Origin: Macrostomum lignano
Lineage: Eukaryota
Length of the DNA stretch: 64,000 nucleotides
Direction: 5' to 3'
Assembly: GCA_002269645.1 (NCBI GenBank)
Contig: NIVC01003610.1
Span: 24,057-88,056, forward strand
Position numbers and translations under genes: made by a program. Shown in pieces: positions 48,701 through 61,699 of the stretch. The notes under the pieces were generated by a model. That model worked only from the letters and a program-made list of their open reading frames with translations, ran no database searches and was not told the DNA's origin. Every line of letters starts with the position of its first letter. Position 1 is the first letter of the stretch.

Positions 48701-51047
48701 CCTCTGCAGATGCACGAGGTGAGTCTGGACTGCCTTGGTGCTTGGGCTTGACCCGTCTCATCTTCATCACACCTGTCTGACCCCATCTCACCTGTATCAT
48801 CTTCATCACACCTGTTTCATCTTCATCTCACCTGTCTCATCTTCATCTCACCTGTCTAATCACATCTCACCTGTCTCACCTCATCTTACCTGTCTCATCA
48901 CATCTCACCTTAGTTCATCTTCATCATCTTCATTTCACCTGTGCCATCCTGGCACACCTGTCGCGTCCCATTTAATCCCGAGCCGCCCCACCCACAGGTG
49001 ATCGCAGAGTGCATGATATTCGCCAACCACTGGGTGGCCCGCAAGATCGTGGCCTACTACCCCAGTCAGTCCTGTCTGCGGCGCCACCCGCCGCCGCGCC
49101 AGGAGTTCTTCGACTCCCTGATCCGCTGCGCTCAGGCCCGCGGCTTCACCATCAAGGCAGACAGCAACCGGCAGCTGGCCGAGTCGCTGGACAGTTGCGT
49201 GGACCCGGCCGACCCCGAGGTGAACCGCATCCTGCGCACCCTGGCCACACAGGCCATGTCCAACGCGCTGTACTTCAGCACCGGTGCCCTGCCCAGGGAC
49301 CAGTTCGCGCACTACGGCCTGGCGCTGGACCTGTACACCCACTTCACCTCCCCCATCCGGCGCTACGCCGACATCCTGGTGCACCGCTGCCTGCTGGCCG
49401 CGTTGGGCGACTCCGAGGCCGAGGACGCGCTGCTGCCCAACCAGGAGCTGGAGGCGCAGTGCTGCCTCATGAACGAGCGGCACCGGGCCGCCCAGCACGC
49501 GCAGATGGCCAGCATGCAGCTATTCCAGTGCCTGTTCTTCAGGGCCAGGCCGCCCACCGACCCGCTCCGGCTGGTGGAGGCTGTGGTCTGCCAGGTGCGC
49601 GACTCCAGCATCGGCGTCTTCGTGCCCAGGTGAGAGGCTCAGAGCATTGCGTCCGGGTGCGGCTTACTGTACCCTCCACAGCTCTCCATGTATGCTAACA
49701 CCGATGCGCTTGCTGCTCCCGAAACTCGCGAGATATTGCCTTCCTGACACATCAGAATTCTCTCTCCTACCTCTCCTCACCTGTCTCCCCATCCCCGCCT
49801 CCCTCTCTCCCCTTTGTCTCCCCATCCCCGCCTCTCTCTCTCCCCTCTGTCTCCCTCATCTCTGCCTCTCTCTCTCCCATCTGTCTCCCCATCCCCGCCT
49901 CCCTCTCTCCCCTCTGTCTCCCCATCCCCGCCTCCCTCTCTCCCCTCTGTCTCCCCATCCCCGCCTCCCTCTCTCCCCTCTGTCTCCCCATCCCCGCCTC
50001 CCTCTCTCCCCTCTGTCTCCCCATCCCCGCCTCCCTCTCTCCCCTCTGTCTCCCCATCCCCGCCTCCCTCTCTCCCCTCTGTCTCCCCATCCCGCCTCCC
50101 TCTCTCCCTCTGTCTCCCCATCCCCGCCTCCCTCTCTCCCCTCTGTCTCCCCATCCCCGCCTCCCTCTCTCCCTCTGTCTCCCCATCCCCGCCTCCCTCT
50201 CTCCCCTCTGTCTCCCTAATCTCTGCCTCTCTCTGTTTCCCTCTCTCCCCCCGTTTCGCTTTCACTCTCTACCTCTCTTTTTGTCTCGCTCACCTATCTG
50301 TCTAATGCCACTGACTGATGATCCCTGATAAAGCTGAAAGCGGTCTGACGCTGACAATGGTTGGTTGGAGTCTCAAGCCTCAATTGCGGTGTTTTACAAA
50401 GTGGTTTATAAAGTTGTTTACGATACATATCGGCGATCGACCCCAGTCCTTGGCAATTGGCAACCACCGCGCCCGCTCGCAGGTACGGCATCAAGGGCTC
50501 CGTGCGGCTGGCTCGCAGCGACGGCTCCGTGCTGGACGCCGGGCCGCCGGCTCGCGACCTCCGCTCAGTGCAGGCAGCGCCCCCTCTGGCCGAGGCCGCA
50601 CCGGACGGCTGCGGGCCCCGCTGGATTCCGGCCGGCAGCGGTGCGAGCGTCTCCAGAGACCCCAGTGGCGGCAGCCTGCGGGTGAGCACCGGGCCTGAGC
50701 AGAAGCAGCAGGTGTACAGCCTGTTCGACCACCTGGTTGTGCGCGTTTCCGTGGCCGAGTCACACTCGCACGGGCCCGCCCTGCAGCTGGACCTGGTTGC
50801 CAGGCTGGTTTCCAAGGACGCGGGCGCAGCCGACGCGGGCGGCGGGGGCAAGGCGGACCTGGTCAGGCAGGTGCGCGAGCGAGAGGAGCAGCAGGAGGAG
50901 GAGCGGCGCCGGGACCTGAAGCGGCGCCAGGGAGAGGAGGAGGGCGGGCAGCAGCACCTGCTGCAGAGCACGGGCACGCTGTACCACTTCCTGCTGGACA
51001 CTGCGCGGCGGGACGCCAAGAGAAGGCGCGGCAGCGGCCAGGACTGA
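36782..51047 (+). CDS. DIS3L: DIS3-like exonuclease 1 (exosome-associated RNase II/R family; PIN-like, CSD, RNB and S1 domains), 7 exons, about 1097 aa
   Basis: Exons 36782-37297, 38235-38605, 39444-40073, 48064-48247, 48323-48718, 48998-49629, 50483-51047; sum 3294 nt, in frame. Motifs FSIDPVGCVDVDDTLSVR, GVHIADVTHFV, YLADRRYDMLP, ECMIFANHWVA, YTHFTSPIRRYADILVHR. DDTLSVR, LADRRYDMLP, ANHWVA and the degenerate PIN (YVLPDC, no DTN) fit DIS3L rather than DIS3/RRP44. The alternative upstream ATG is 36773. Confidence 0.92.
37395..38150. repeat. Minisatellite, 17-bp unit CACAGATCCCTTCCATT, in DIS3L intron 1
   Basis: Tandem units read directly. Confidence 0.95.
38725..39427. repeat. Minisatellite, 21-bp unit CCCTGACCAGCAACCAGAAAT, in DIS3L intron 2
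   Basis: Tandem units read directly. Confidence 0.95.
40179..41370. repeat. Minisatellite, 21-bp unit CTCAGGTCTATCTCTCCCACT, at the start of DIS3L intron 3
   Basis: Tandem units read directly. Confidence 0.96.
41865..42485. repeat. Minisatellite, 30-bp unit GTGTCCGAATATCCTAGAGTCTGTGTGCCA
   Basis: Tandem units; scattered copies continue to about 42745. Confidence 0.93.
42750..45434 (-). CDS. CAP/SCP-superfamily secreted protein with C-terminal EGF-like modules (gene A), nested antisense in DIS3L intron 3; 3' end uncertain
   Basis: Exons 45434-45285 (signal peptide, ALEAHNYLRRNV), 44456-44104 (EWSPALE...CVFEH...GENMY...GHYLQIVRADMTQVGC), 43961-43835, 43625-43521 (CLNCG...CMCEDNFYGDVCE), 43448-43294 (CLNGA...CECICRDGFT, with a 1-bp slip). 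Further coding-like segments continue to about 42750. Confidence 0.8.
44651..44948 (-). mobile_element. tRNA-derived CORE-type SINE, copy 4 (in intron 1 of CAP gene A)
   Basis: Reverse complement contains the B box GGTTCGATTCC then TGTGTCCTTGAGCAAGACACTTAACTCTGCATTGCTTCAGTTCACCCAGCTGTAAAATGGG, which resembles the MIR CORE domain. Confidence 0.88.
46141..47466 (-). CDS. CAP/SCP-superfamily secreted protein with an EGF-like module (gene B), nested antisense in DIS3L intron 3; frameshift near 47030
   Basis: Exons 47466-47320 (MMNWLSLLILLLPSCCWG signal, TNHLRRNV), 47136-46807 (LWDDNLA...CIFQH...GENVY / GHYLQLVSANVMRMGCG), from 46725, an EGF-like segment ending at 46419 (CLNYG...CKCTCPLGFYGMRC), and last exon 46256-46141. 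Confidence 0.75.
48750..48950. repeat. Degenerate low-complexity TCATCTCACCTGTC repeat in DIS3L intron 5
   Basis: Recurrent motif filling most of the intron. Confidence 0.8.
49780..50215. repeat. Pyrimidine-rich minisatellite, 33-bp unit CCTCCCTCTCTCCCCTCTGTCTCCCCATCCCCG, in DIS3L intron 6
   Basis: Tandem units read directly. Confidence 0.93.
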
Positions 51048-51642
51048 CCCGAGACCGAGTTGCTGCCGGATATCTAGGGCATTCTACTTGCATTGCTACT
51101 GCCAGTAGGCTGATTCGAACTCGCATCGCATACGACTAATAGAATCCTGATGATCCTGCCTGCTTCACAGCGCATTTACATCGGCCCTCTGTTTGTTTAA
51201 ATAAACTCTGTTCACTACTGTGTACAGTAGTGTGCGTGAATTGCGGCTCTGACTTTGCCGCATCGATGCTGAAAACAAATCCGAGGCACTGCCACCGGCA
51301 CCGGGCAATTGGTTCTTTGGAGCAGCTCAGCCTGCGCCGGCTTGCTGTTTGTTTAATCCGTGGGACGGCTTGCATGCAGCTCGCACACGGGGTGTTTTTT
51401 GTCCGATCAGCGGGGCTCATAGCGCCGTGATGAGCCGCCACTCAGCCACTTGAGCCGCCATCTATTTAACAAGCAGCGAGAGCAAACACTGCCTGTGCTG
51501 GCCTGCCTGTGTCGCTTGTCAAAGATTATCCCCCCCCCGGTTCGGGAATGAGGCTGTCTGCCTCCAAGTGCCTGGCCTGGCTGCGGGCGGAGCTCAGATT
51601 TCATGGCCTGGCCAGCCTCTGCTCAGTGGCTTGCTGGATAAT

Positions 51643-52095
51643 CTCAGCTGTGCAGTTATGCAGCAGATATCTCAGCTGTGCAGTTATGCAGCAGATATCT
51701 CAGCCGTGCAGTTATGCAGCAGATATCTCAGCTGTGCAGTTATGCAGCAGATATCTCAGCCGTGCAGTTATGCAGCAGATATCTCAGCTGTGCAGTTATG
51801 CAGCAGATATCTCAGCTGTGCAGTTATGCAGCAGATATCTCAGCTGTGCAGTTATGCAGCAGATATCTCAGCTGTGCAGTTATGCAGCAGATATCTCAGC
51901 TGTGCAGTTATGCAGCAGATATCTCAGCTGTGCAGTTATGCAGCAGATATCTCAGCTGTGCAGTTATGCAGCAGATATCTCAGCTGTGCAGTTATGCAGC
52001 AGATATCTCAGCTGTGCAGTTATGCAGCAGATATCTCAGCTGTGCAGTTATGCAGCAGATATCTCAGCTGTACAGTTTTGCAGCAGATATCTCAG
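51643..52095. repeat. Minisatellite, 28-bp unit CAGCTGTGCAGTTATGCAGCAGATATCT, about 16 copies
   Basis: Tandem units read directly. Confidence 0.96.
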
Positions 52096-54207
52096 CATTC
52101 AGTCTGGCCCATTGTGCCGTTCCAGTAGACCAGCTGGCCATAAAGCTCATCATCACCTTTACCTGTCCAGAATCTGGGCCCAGCTCCCAGCCCGCTAAGT
52201 GCGGCACGCGTTTCCCCAGAAATATATGCGCTTCATCTTAAGACGCCGGGACCGATGCGGAGCAAAAAAGCAGTTCTCAAGAGTTGCTGTTGAAGTGCCG
52301 GTGTTGCAATGATTTCCCGACAGTCGCTGGCAGCAGCTGACAGCGCGAGAGCCGCAAGTTTTGTCACCTGAGCCTCGTGGCGCGCTGCCGCCCCGGCCAC
52401 TTGATCGCCCGTTGTTTATTGGGTCTCCCGCCCCCTCCGGGCGGTTTACTGCGCCTTGAGAGACTCGCTGACCCCCTGGGCGGTGCCACGTGGCCCCTGC
52501 CCGTCTCAGGCCGACTGGCGGTCGCCTCTTCAAATTAGCATATTCTTGCCAGGGATTTCTTGAGGACTTCGTCACGGGAATTCAACCGCAATGGCTTTCT
52601 TTCTGGGTGTCAGTTGATGTATTGTTTTATTTATGTGCGCGGCTGGCGCCTGCGAGTCTGGGGTGGCGCTCCATCGCTGGCTCTTCACGCCGAGCTCGAT
52701 TCATCCGCGTCTGAGTGTCTGCTCTGATCTGTTTTTGGAGAGCCGGGGCAGCTTGAGCAGCAGTTTGCGGCAGTGCTCAGGCATGAAACGCCAGGCAGCC
52801 CTACTCAATTGAAAGCATCACTATGCCTATACCAGATAAGTCATGCCTTCTCTGAAAGTAGAGCCTATCTGTATTTATTTCAAATTCTCCGAGGGTAAAT
52901 AGAGCTCAGAATGCGGTGTCATTGCAATGTCATCGAGGTCGGCAGCTTGAGCATCAGCCACTCTCACTGACGCCCGCGCCTCACAGAGCCCTGTGCTCAG
53001 CCTCAGTTCCTTCTGTTTGTTTCCAATCGCGACCGCCCCGTGTCACAACAAACAACTTGTAGCCACCGACTCGCCTCCTACCCTAAGCCCACCTGCCCCA
53101 CCTGGCCGCACGCCAGCTACTCCGCTGTTGCACTCGCGTGGCACCGCGGAACTGCTTAAGGAGGCCACGGCCGGGGTCAGGGGGTCAGCAAACATCTTGC
53201 ACGGCAGGCGGCTTTAACTTCGCTGCAGTTTGCTCAGCGGGCTCAACAACAACAACAGGTCTCTGCTCTGGAGAGTCTGCAGCTCCCACCTGTCTGCCTC
53301 ATCGTAATCTGCCGTCAGCCAGCCAGCTCAACTGTTTTTATCTGTCGATTCTGGCCGATCGCTCACGGGGCTCAGAGGCTGCTCAAGCTGTAATTTGAGG
53401 CCGCTCCGAAGAGCCCTCATGCCATCACCAGGGCGAGAGCGACTCGGGCCCGCATCGTCAGCCTCCCGCGGCTTTCGCTCCGCCAAGAAGGCAAAATTGG
53501 TGTGAAGGGGCTGCGGCCGTCTACCGCACGCTGTGGGATTCTGCGAGCGCAGAAAAGCTGAGAAGGCAAAAAACGATGAAGCCATCGGGCCGTGCATGAC
53601 ACCTGACCCCAGGTCTGTTGGCACCTGGGCGGGGCACCAACCATGTGGGCTGATAGTGCAGGGCCCGCAAGTCTCTTTTTAGCCACTCGAGTCTCGCGTG
53701 CCGGCAAACAGCGGAGAGCTGCGGGTTCCAAAAAGTGGCGGCCGCAAAACAGACCGCCTGCAGAGAGGCTGGGCGGAGCGGCCCGCCATGGGGGCGCTGG
53801 GGACTGCCGGAGTCAGACGGACTTTCAAGTAGTTTTTCAACTTTGACGGAGAGACTGCAAATAGATCGGGGATTGAGCTGGGCCCGTGATTCAGCCGTTC
53901 GGTGAGGGAATCGAGAGTGGGAGAGTCGGGGGGTGCAGGGAAGTGGCATGAAGAGGCTGCATGGGAAACTGTGAGCAGCTTATACTGATTTCGGTGCTCA
54001 TATTTCCAGACTCGAACTGGGCGCAAATAGCATCTAACTGCCAAACCTAGCATGCAAACTGCCGCTCATGGCATCTAACTGCCAAACCTAGCATGCAAAC
54101 TGCCGCTCATGGCACCGAAATCATATGATAGCATAATATCACATGATAATTGGCGGCGCGCGTTTGCCCAGAATTATAAGCTCAAGACAGGCGCGAGCAA
54201 CGCTGAC

Positions 54208-55150
54208 AGCAGTGTGTCACTGGGGACCGTGAACTCCACACACAGTGTGTCACTGGGAACCGTGAACTCCACATACAGTGTGTCACTGGGGACCGTGAAC
54301 TCCACACACAGTGTGTCACTGGGAACCGTGAACTCCACATACAGTGTGTCACTGGGGACCGTGAACTCCACATACAGTGTGTCACTGGGACCGTGAACTC
54401 CACATACAGTGTGTCACTGGGGACCGTGAACTCCACATACAGTGTGTCACTGGGGACCGTGAACTCCACATACAGTGTGTCACTGGGGACCGTGAACTCC
54501 ACATACAGTGTGTCACTGGGGACCGTGAACTCCACATACAGTGTGTCACTGGGGACCGTGAACTCCACATACAGTGTGTCACTGGGGACCGTGAACTCCA
54601 CATACAGTGTGTCACTGGGAACCGTGAACTCCACATACAGTGTGTCACTGGGAACCGTGAACTCCACATACAGTGTGTCACTGGGGACCGTGAACTCCAC
54701 ATACAGTGTGTCACTGGGAACCGTGAACTCCACATACAGTGTGTCACTGGGAACCGTGAACTCCACATACAGTGTGTCACTGGGAACCGTGAACTCCACA
54801 TACAGTGTGTCACTGGGGACCGTGAACTCCACATACAGTGTGTCACTGGGAACCGTGAACTCCACATACAGTGTGTCACTGGGAACCGTGAACTCCACAT
54901 ACAGTGTGTCACTGGGAACCGTGAACTCCACATACAGTGTGTCACTGGGAACCGTGAACTCCACACACAGTATGTCACTGGAACCGTGAACTCCACACAC
55001 AGTGTGTCACTGGGGACCGTGAACTCCGCACACAGTATGTCACTGGGGCCGTGAACTCCGCACAGCAGTGTGTCACTGGGGACCGTGAACTCCGCACACA
55101 GTATGTCACTGGGGCCGTGAACTCCGCACACAGTGTGTCACTGGAGCCGT
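54208..55150. repeat. Minisatellite, 33-bp unit CAGTGTGTCACTGGG(G/A)ACCGTGAACTCCACATA, about 28 copies
   Basis: Tandem units read directly. Confidence 0.96.
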
Positions 55151-55664
55151 GAACTCCCGCAGAGCTGCAGGCCGCTGCGGAGCATCATAAAATATGCAAT
55201 AAAAGTTTTCATGCCAGACGAATTTCCGCTACTGCCAGTCAGCCCGAGCGCTCAAAACCGGGACAGAAAAAGATCGAAGATTGCGGCAGTAAATCAGGCC
55301 CAGCTACTCGCTCTCCGCTCCCTCTTGAGCTGGAGAAGAAAAGAAACTTTCCCGCTGTGTGCAGTGCAGCAGCCCCGGGCCGCTGCGGCCCCGCCCAGCT
55401 GTCCAGGTGTTCCAATCCAGCCACCAGCCCCGCTCCCCACTCCGGAAGCGCTGTTGATTCAGTGGCCTCCGCTCAATGGGCTCGGGAGAAAATCCCCTTA
55501 ATTCTGTCTCCCCAGACACCACTGAGCAAATAGCTGCAGCAGGGGATCTCAGTTGTTGTCTCCCATTTCTGCCTGTTTTCCCTTGAGCTCCTCTTCTCGG
55601 ATTCCTCCCAGCCCGTGCAGCGGTGCGGCAACGCAGGTCTGCCTCAGTTTGCAGTGCATATGGA

Positions 55665-55910
55665 TATTTATATGTATGCATGTAGATATGTATATGTATG
55701 CATGTAGATATGTATATGTATGCATGTAGATATTTATATGTATGCATGTAGATATGTATATGTATGCATGTAGATATGTATATGTATGCATGTAGATATT
55801 TATATGTATGCATGTAGATATGTATATGTGTGCATGTAGATATGTATATGTATGCATGTAGATATGTAATATGTATGCATCTAGATATGTATGCATGTAG
55901 ATATGTATAT
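55665..55910. repeat. Minisatellite, 22-bp unit TATGTATGCATGTAGATATGTA
   Basis: Tandem units read directly. Confidence 0.92.
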
Positions 55911-56785
55911 GCAGAGCTATTAGAGATGATCATGCCGGTGAGTCTGGTCACTGAGTGGCCCTTGGTTCGCACACCTGTCAATCAGTGCCTGTCTGTCTGT
56001 CTGTCTGACTGTCACTGGCGGCCAAGAGGCCCGCATGAGCCCAGTAGGCCTCTTAAATCTTAATTAATCCGATCGGAGTGGCCTGCAGAGTCAGAGCTCA
56101 TCCGCGGCCACCCCGGAGCGCGATATCTTGGAATTAATTGGACCTCCCGGACCCGGCAGCTGGCTGTCTGGGGTACAATAAAGGTCATTGCAGAGTCTTT
56201 CTCAGAAGACACCAGAAAAGTAAGGACTCATTTTCAAAAATTGATACACCTCTGAACTGACAGCTTCGTCTCCTTGGTGGATTTGGAATTGTTCGGCCTC
56301 CAGCTGCTGCAGTTGTCCGTGAGAATCAAATACCTGCGGCACCCAAACTCAGAGCAGCTCAAAACCGTCTAAACTGAAGCCTGCACCCCAAGAGTTTCCA
56401 ATCCCGGTCTTCATAAAGGCCTGCCAGGCGGGAACTCTGGAGAGCCCGATTGCCCCCCACCCCGCCCGGGAGCGGCGGCGCGGATCGGCATGCGGGAGGG
56501 CGGGGCCGCAGCGGCTGAATGAAATCGCCGCTCTCGGCTGCGAGGCCCCGCCCTCCGCTCCGCTTGGCCGCTGAGAGCCCCGAATTGCCGGGGAGCCGCC
56601 ACCTGCAGGAGCGAATTGAACTGCAGCTCTCAGCACTGCCTGATCCACCACACTCCATCATTAGCGGTTTATTAATGCGCTCATAATATGATAAGGGCCG
56701 GCTGTCTGTGCTGACGGATTCATGCCCTGACGCTGCTGCTGCCTTTTATAGGCATTGCTGATTCCAGATTGAGCTGCGTGTCATG

Positions 56786-59662
56786 ACCCTGCACAGATTG
56801 CCTGCACAGACCCTGCACAGATTGCCTGCACAGACCCTGCACAGATTGCCTGCACAGACCCTGCACAGATTGCCTGCACAGACCCTGCACAGATTCCCTG
56901 CACAACTTCCCTGCACAGATTCCCTGCACAACTTCCCTGCACAACTTCCCTGCACAACTTCCCTGCACAACTTCCCTGCACGGATTCCCTGCACAGATTC
57001 CCTGCGCAGATTCCCTGCACAGATTCCCTGCACAGATTCCCTGCACAGATTCCCTGCACAGATTCCCTGCACAGATTCCCTGCACAACTTCCCTGCACAG
57101 CTTCCCTGCACAAATTCCCTGCACAGCTTCCCTGCACAGCTTCCCTGCACAACTTCCCTGCACAACTTCCCTGCACAGCTTCCCTGCGCAGATTCCCTGC
57201 ACAGATTCCCTGCACAGCTTCCCTGCGCAGATTCCCTGCACAGATTCCCTGCACAGATTCCCTGCGCAAATTCCCTGCACAGATTCCCTGCACAACTTCC
57301 CTGCACAACTTCCCTGCACAGCTTCCCTGCACAAATTCCCTGCACAGCTTCCCTGCACAGCTTCCCTGCACAGATTCCCTGCACAGATTCCCTGCACAGA
57401 TTCCCTGCACAGATTCCCTGCACGGATTCCCTGCACAGATTCCCTGCACAGATTCCCTGCCCGGATTCCCTGCACAGATTCCCTGCACAGATTCCCTGCA
57501 CTAATTCCCTGCACAGATTCCCTGCACAGATTCCCTGCACAGATTCCCTGCACAGATTCCCTGCACAGATTCCCTGCACAGATTCCCTGCACGGATTCCC
57601 TGCACAGATTCCCTGCACAGATTTCCTGCACAACTTCCCTGCACAACTTCCCTGCACAGATTCCCTGCACAGATTCCCTGCACAGATTCCCTGCACTAAT
57701 TCCCTGCACAGATTCCCTGCACAGATTCCCTGCACAGATTCCCTGCACTAATTCCCTGCACAGATTCCCTGCACAGATTCCCTGCACGGATTCCCTGCAC
57801 AGATTCCCTGCACAGATTTCCTGCACAACTTCCCTGCACAACTTCCCTGCACAGATTCCCTGCACAGATTCCCTGCACAGATTCCCTGCACGGATTCCCT
57901 GCACAGATTCCCTGCACAGATTCCCTGCACAGATTCCCTGCACGGATTCCCTGCACAGATTCCCTGCACAGATTCCCTGCACAGATTCCCTGCACGGATT
58001 CCCTGCACAGATTCCCTGCACAGATTCCCTGCACAGATTCCCTGCACGGATTCCCTGCACAGATTCCCTGCACAGATTCCCTGCACAGATTCCCTGCACA
58101 GATTCCCTGCACAGATTCCCTGCACAGATTCCCTGCACTAATTCCCTGCACAGATTCCCTGCACAGATTCCCTGCACAGATTCCCTGCACAGATTCCCTG
58201 CACGGATTCCCTGCACAGATTCCCTGCACAGATTCCCTGCACAACTTCCCTGCACAGCTTCCCTGCACAGATTCCCTGCACAGATTCCCTGCACAGATTC
58301 CCTGCACAACTTCCCTGCACAGATTCCCTGCACAACTTCCCTGCACAACTTCCCTGCACAGATTCCCTGCACAGATTCCCTGCACAACTTCCCTGCACAG
58401 ATTCCCTGCACAGATTCCCTGCACAGATTCCCTGCACAGATTCCCTGCACAGATTCCCTGCACAGATTCCCTGCACAACTTCCCTGCACAGCTTCCCTGC
58501 ACAGATTCCCTGCACAGATTCCCTGCACAACTTCCCTGCACAACTTCCCTGCACAGATTCCCTGCACAGATTCCCTGCACAGATTCCCTACACAACTTCC
58601 CTGCACAACTTCCCTGCACAGATTCCCTGCACAACTTCCCTGCACAGCTTCCCTGCACAGATTCCCTGCACAGATTCCCTGCACAGCTTCCCTGCACAGA
58701 TTCCCTGCACAACTTCCCTGCACAACTTCCCTGCACAGCTTCCCTGCACAAATTCCCTGCACAGCTTCCCTGCACAGCTTCCCTGCACAGATTCCCTGCC
58801 CGGATTCCCTGCACAGATTCCCTGCACAGATTCCCTGCACTAATTCCCTGCACAGATTCCCTGCACAGATTCCCTGCACAGATTCCCTGCACAGATTCCC
58901 TGCACAGATTCCCTGCACAGATTCCCTGCACGGATTCCCTGCACAGATTCCCTGCACAGATTCCCTGCACAACTTCCCTGCACAACTTCCCTGCACAGAT
59001 TTCTTGCACAGATTTCCTGCACAGATTCCCTGCACAGATTTCCTGCACAGATTCCCTGCACAGATTCCCTGCACAGATTCCCTGCACAGATTCCCTGCAC
59101 GGATTCCCTGCACAGATTCCCTGCACAGATTCCCTACACAACTTCCCTGCACAGATTCCCTACACAACTTCCCTGCACAGATTCCCTGCACAACTTCCCT
59201 GCACAGATTCCCTGCACGGATTCCCTGCACAGATTCCCTGCACAGATTCCCTGCACAGATTCCCTGCACAGATTCCCTGCACAGATTCCCTGCACAGATT
59301 CCCTGCACAGATTCCCTGCACAGATTCCCTGCACGGATTCCCTGCACGGATTCCCTGCACAGATTCCCTGCACAGATTCCCTACACAACTTCCCTGCACA
59401 GATTCCCTGCACGGATTCCCTGCACAGATTCCCTGCACAGATTCCCTGCACAGATTCCCTGCACGGATTCCCTGCACGGATTCCCTGCACAGATTCCCTG
59501 CACGGATTCCCTGCACGGATTCCCTGCACAGATTCCCTGCACGGATTCCCTGCACGGATTCCCTGCACAGATTCCCTGCACAGATTCCCTGCACGGATTC
59601 CCTGCACAGATTCCCTGCACGGATTCCCTGCACGGATTCCCTGCACAGATTCCCTGCACGGA
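56786..59662. repeat. Satellite, 13-bp unit CCCTGCACAGATT with variants, about 2.9 kb (roughly 220 copies)
   Basis: Tandem units read directly; explains all the 56.7-59.9 kb repetitive ORFs. Confidence 0.98.
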
Positions 59663-59991
59663 TTGCCTGGAGGCTGGGAATCGCAGTGGCGCCATGGGGA
59701 TGCCAGGCGCAGGGACGCACAGGGGCAGCTGCATTCGCGCCCAGAATTGGTCACTCGCAGAACTCAAGCTCGGCAGTAGCGGTGTTTTGCCCCTCTCGGA
59801 CCGCGGGCTCGGGGGTTCTTCGCGGTCCAGCTGGGGCCGCGCCGCTCTCAGCTCCGCACGGCTATCGGATTTCCCGGCCGTCTCCGCGCCCGCAGTGCAG
59901 CTGCCGCGCCCGGCGATCGATGGCCGCCCCTGCTGAGCTGCCACAGCTGCCCGACACGTCTGCTTTCTACTGCTGCCTGCATTGGATAACC

Positions 59992-61105
59992 TCTCATCTC
60001 ACTGCATCTCATGCTCTCATCTCACTGCATCTCATGCTCTCATCTCACTGCATCTCAAGCTCTCATCTCACTTCATCTCATGCTCTCATCTCACTTCATC
60101 TCATGCTCTCATCTCACTGCATCTCATGCTCTCATCCCACTGCATCTCATGCTCTCATCTCACTGCATCTCATGCTCTCATCTCACTGCATCTCAAGCTC
60201 TCATCTCACTTCATCTCATGCTCTCATCTCACTTCATCTCATGCTCTCATCTCACTGCATCTCATGCTCTCATCCCACTGCATCTCATGCTCTCATCTCA
60301 CTGCATCTCATGCTCTCATCTCACTGCATCTCATGCTCTCATCTCACTTCATCTCAAGCTCTCATCTCACTTCATCTCATGCTCTCATCTCACTTCATCT
60401 CATGCTCTCATCTCACTGCATCTCATGCTCTCATCCCACTGCATCTCATGCTCTCATCTCACTGCATCTCATGCTCTCATCTCACTGCATCTCATGCTCT
60501 CATCTCACTGCATCTCAAGCTCTCATCTCACTTCATCTCATGCTCTCATCTCACTTCATCTCATGCTCTCATCTCACTGCATCTCATGCTCTCATCCCAC
60601 TGCATCTCATGCTCTCATCTCACTGCATCTCATGCTCTCATCTCACTTCATCTCATGCTCTCATCTCACTTCATCTCATGCTCTCATCTCACTGCATCTC
60701 ATGCTCTCATCCCACTGCATCTCATGCTCTCATCTCACTGCATCTCATGCTCTCATGCTCTCATCTCACTTCATCTCATGCTCTCATCTCACTTCATCTC
60801 ATGCTCTCATCTCACTGCATCTCATGCTCTCATCCCACTGCATCTCATGCTCTCATCTCACTGCATCTCATGCTCTCATCTCACTGCATCTCATGCTCTC
60901 ATCCACTGCATCTCATGCTCTCATCTCACTGCATCTCATGCTCTCATCTCACTGCATCTCATGCTCTCATCTCACTGCATCTCATGCTCTCATCTCACTG
61001 CATCTCATGCTCTCATCTCACTGCATCTCATGCTCTTATCTCACTGAATCTCATGATATCATCTCACTGCATCTCATGCTCTCATCTCACTGCATCTAAT
61101 GCTCT
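59992..61105. repeat. Minisatellite, 23-bp unit CTCATCTCACTGCATCTCATGCT
   Basis: Tandem units read directly. Confidence 0.96.
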
Positions 61106-61699
61106 AATCTCAATGCATCTCACACTCATTATGAGGTATATAAGAGACAATTTATTGACCCCCATTCCTCTGCCCCAGCCAGTTTTTACAAGCCCTCATT
61201 GCGATTTTTTAATTTTGTCTCCATAAAGCTGCATAGCAAACCGCGTGACTGACAGGCAGTTGGCACAAAAGATCAAAAAAGCTCGGCCTGCCAGTCACAG
61301 CGGGCCGCCGCTGGGAGACTGCAGCAACACAACCAGCCAATGCTACAGTTGCGCAATAAAGCCCAGTCTGCCAACTAAAAAATCTCCCAGGAGTCCCTGC
61401 AGTCACTGAGTGAGCGGCAAGCCAAGAACGGAAATGCAGCGGTGCCAAACTGGTTTCCGAGTTGGCACCGAGACCAAGGGAGCGGAGTCACCTGCGGCCC
61501 TGTTCCCGCGTGAATTATTGATTAACCTGGCAAGGTTGCAGCCTCTGGGGAAAGAGGTGCGTGAGAGACATGTCCACTCGCTCCTCTGCTCACTTCCTTC
61601 AGACTCCATTCACTCACTCTCCATTGATCACCTACTATTCAGTCACTCTCAATCTTATTCCCTCACTCAATCACATTCACTCACTCGCAATCTTTATCA

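Noticed and set aside
36710-51126. Antisense and alternative-frame ORFs overlapping DIS3L exons, the claudin-like gene and the receptor exons
   Set aside because: Shadow ORFs expected from GC-rich coding sequence.
52100-52240. DNL zinc-finger-like fragment (KLIITFTC...CGTR)
   Set aside because: Cys spacing is wrong, the second CxxC/HLIAD part is absent, and no supporting exons were found.
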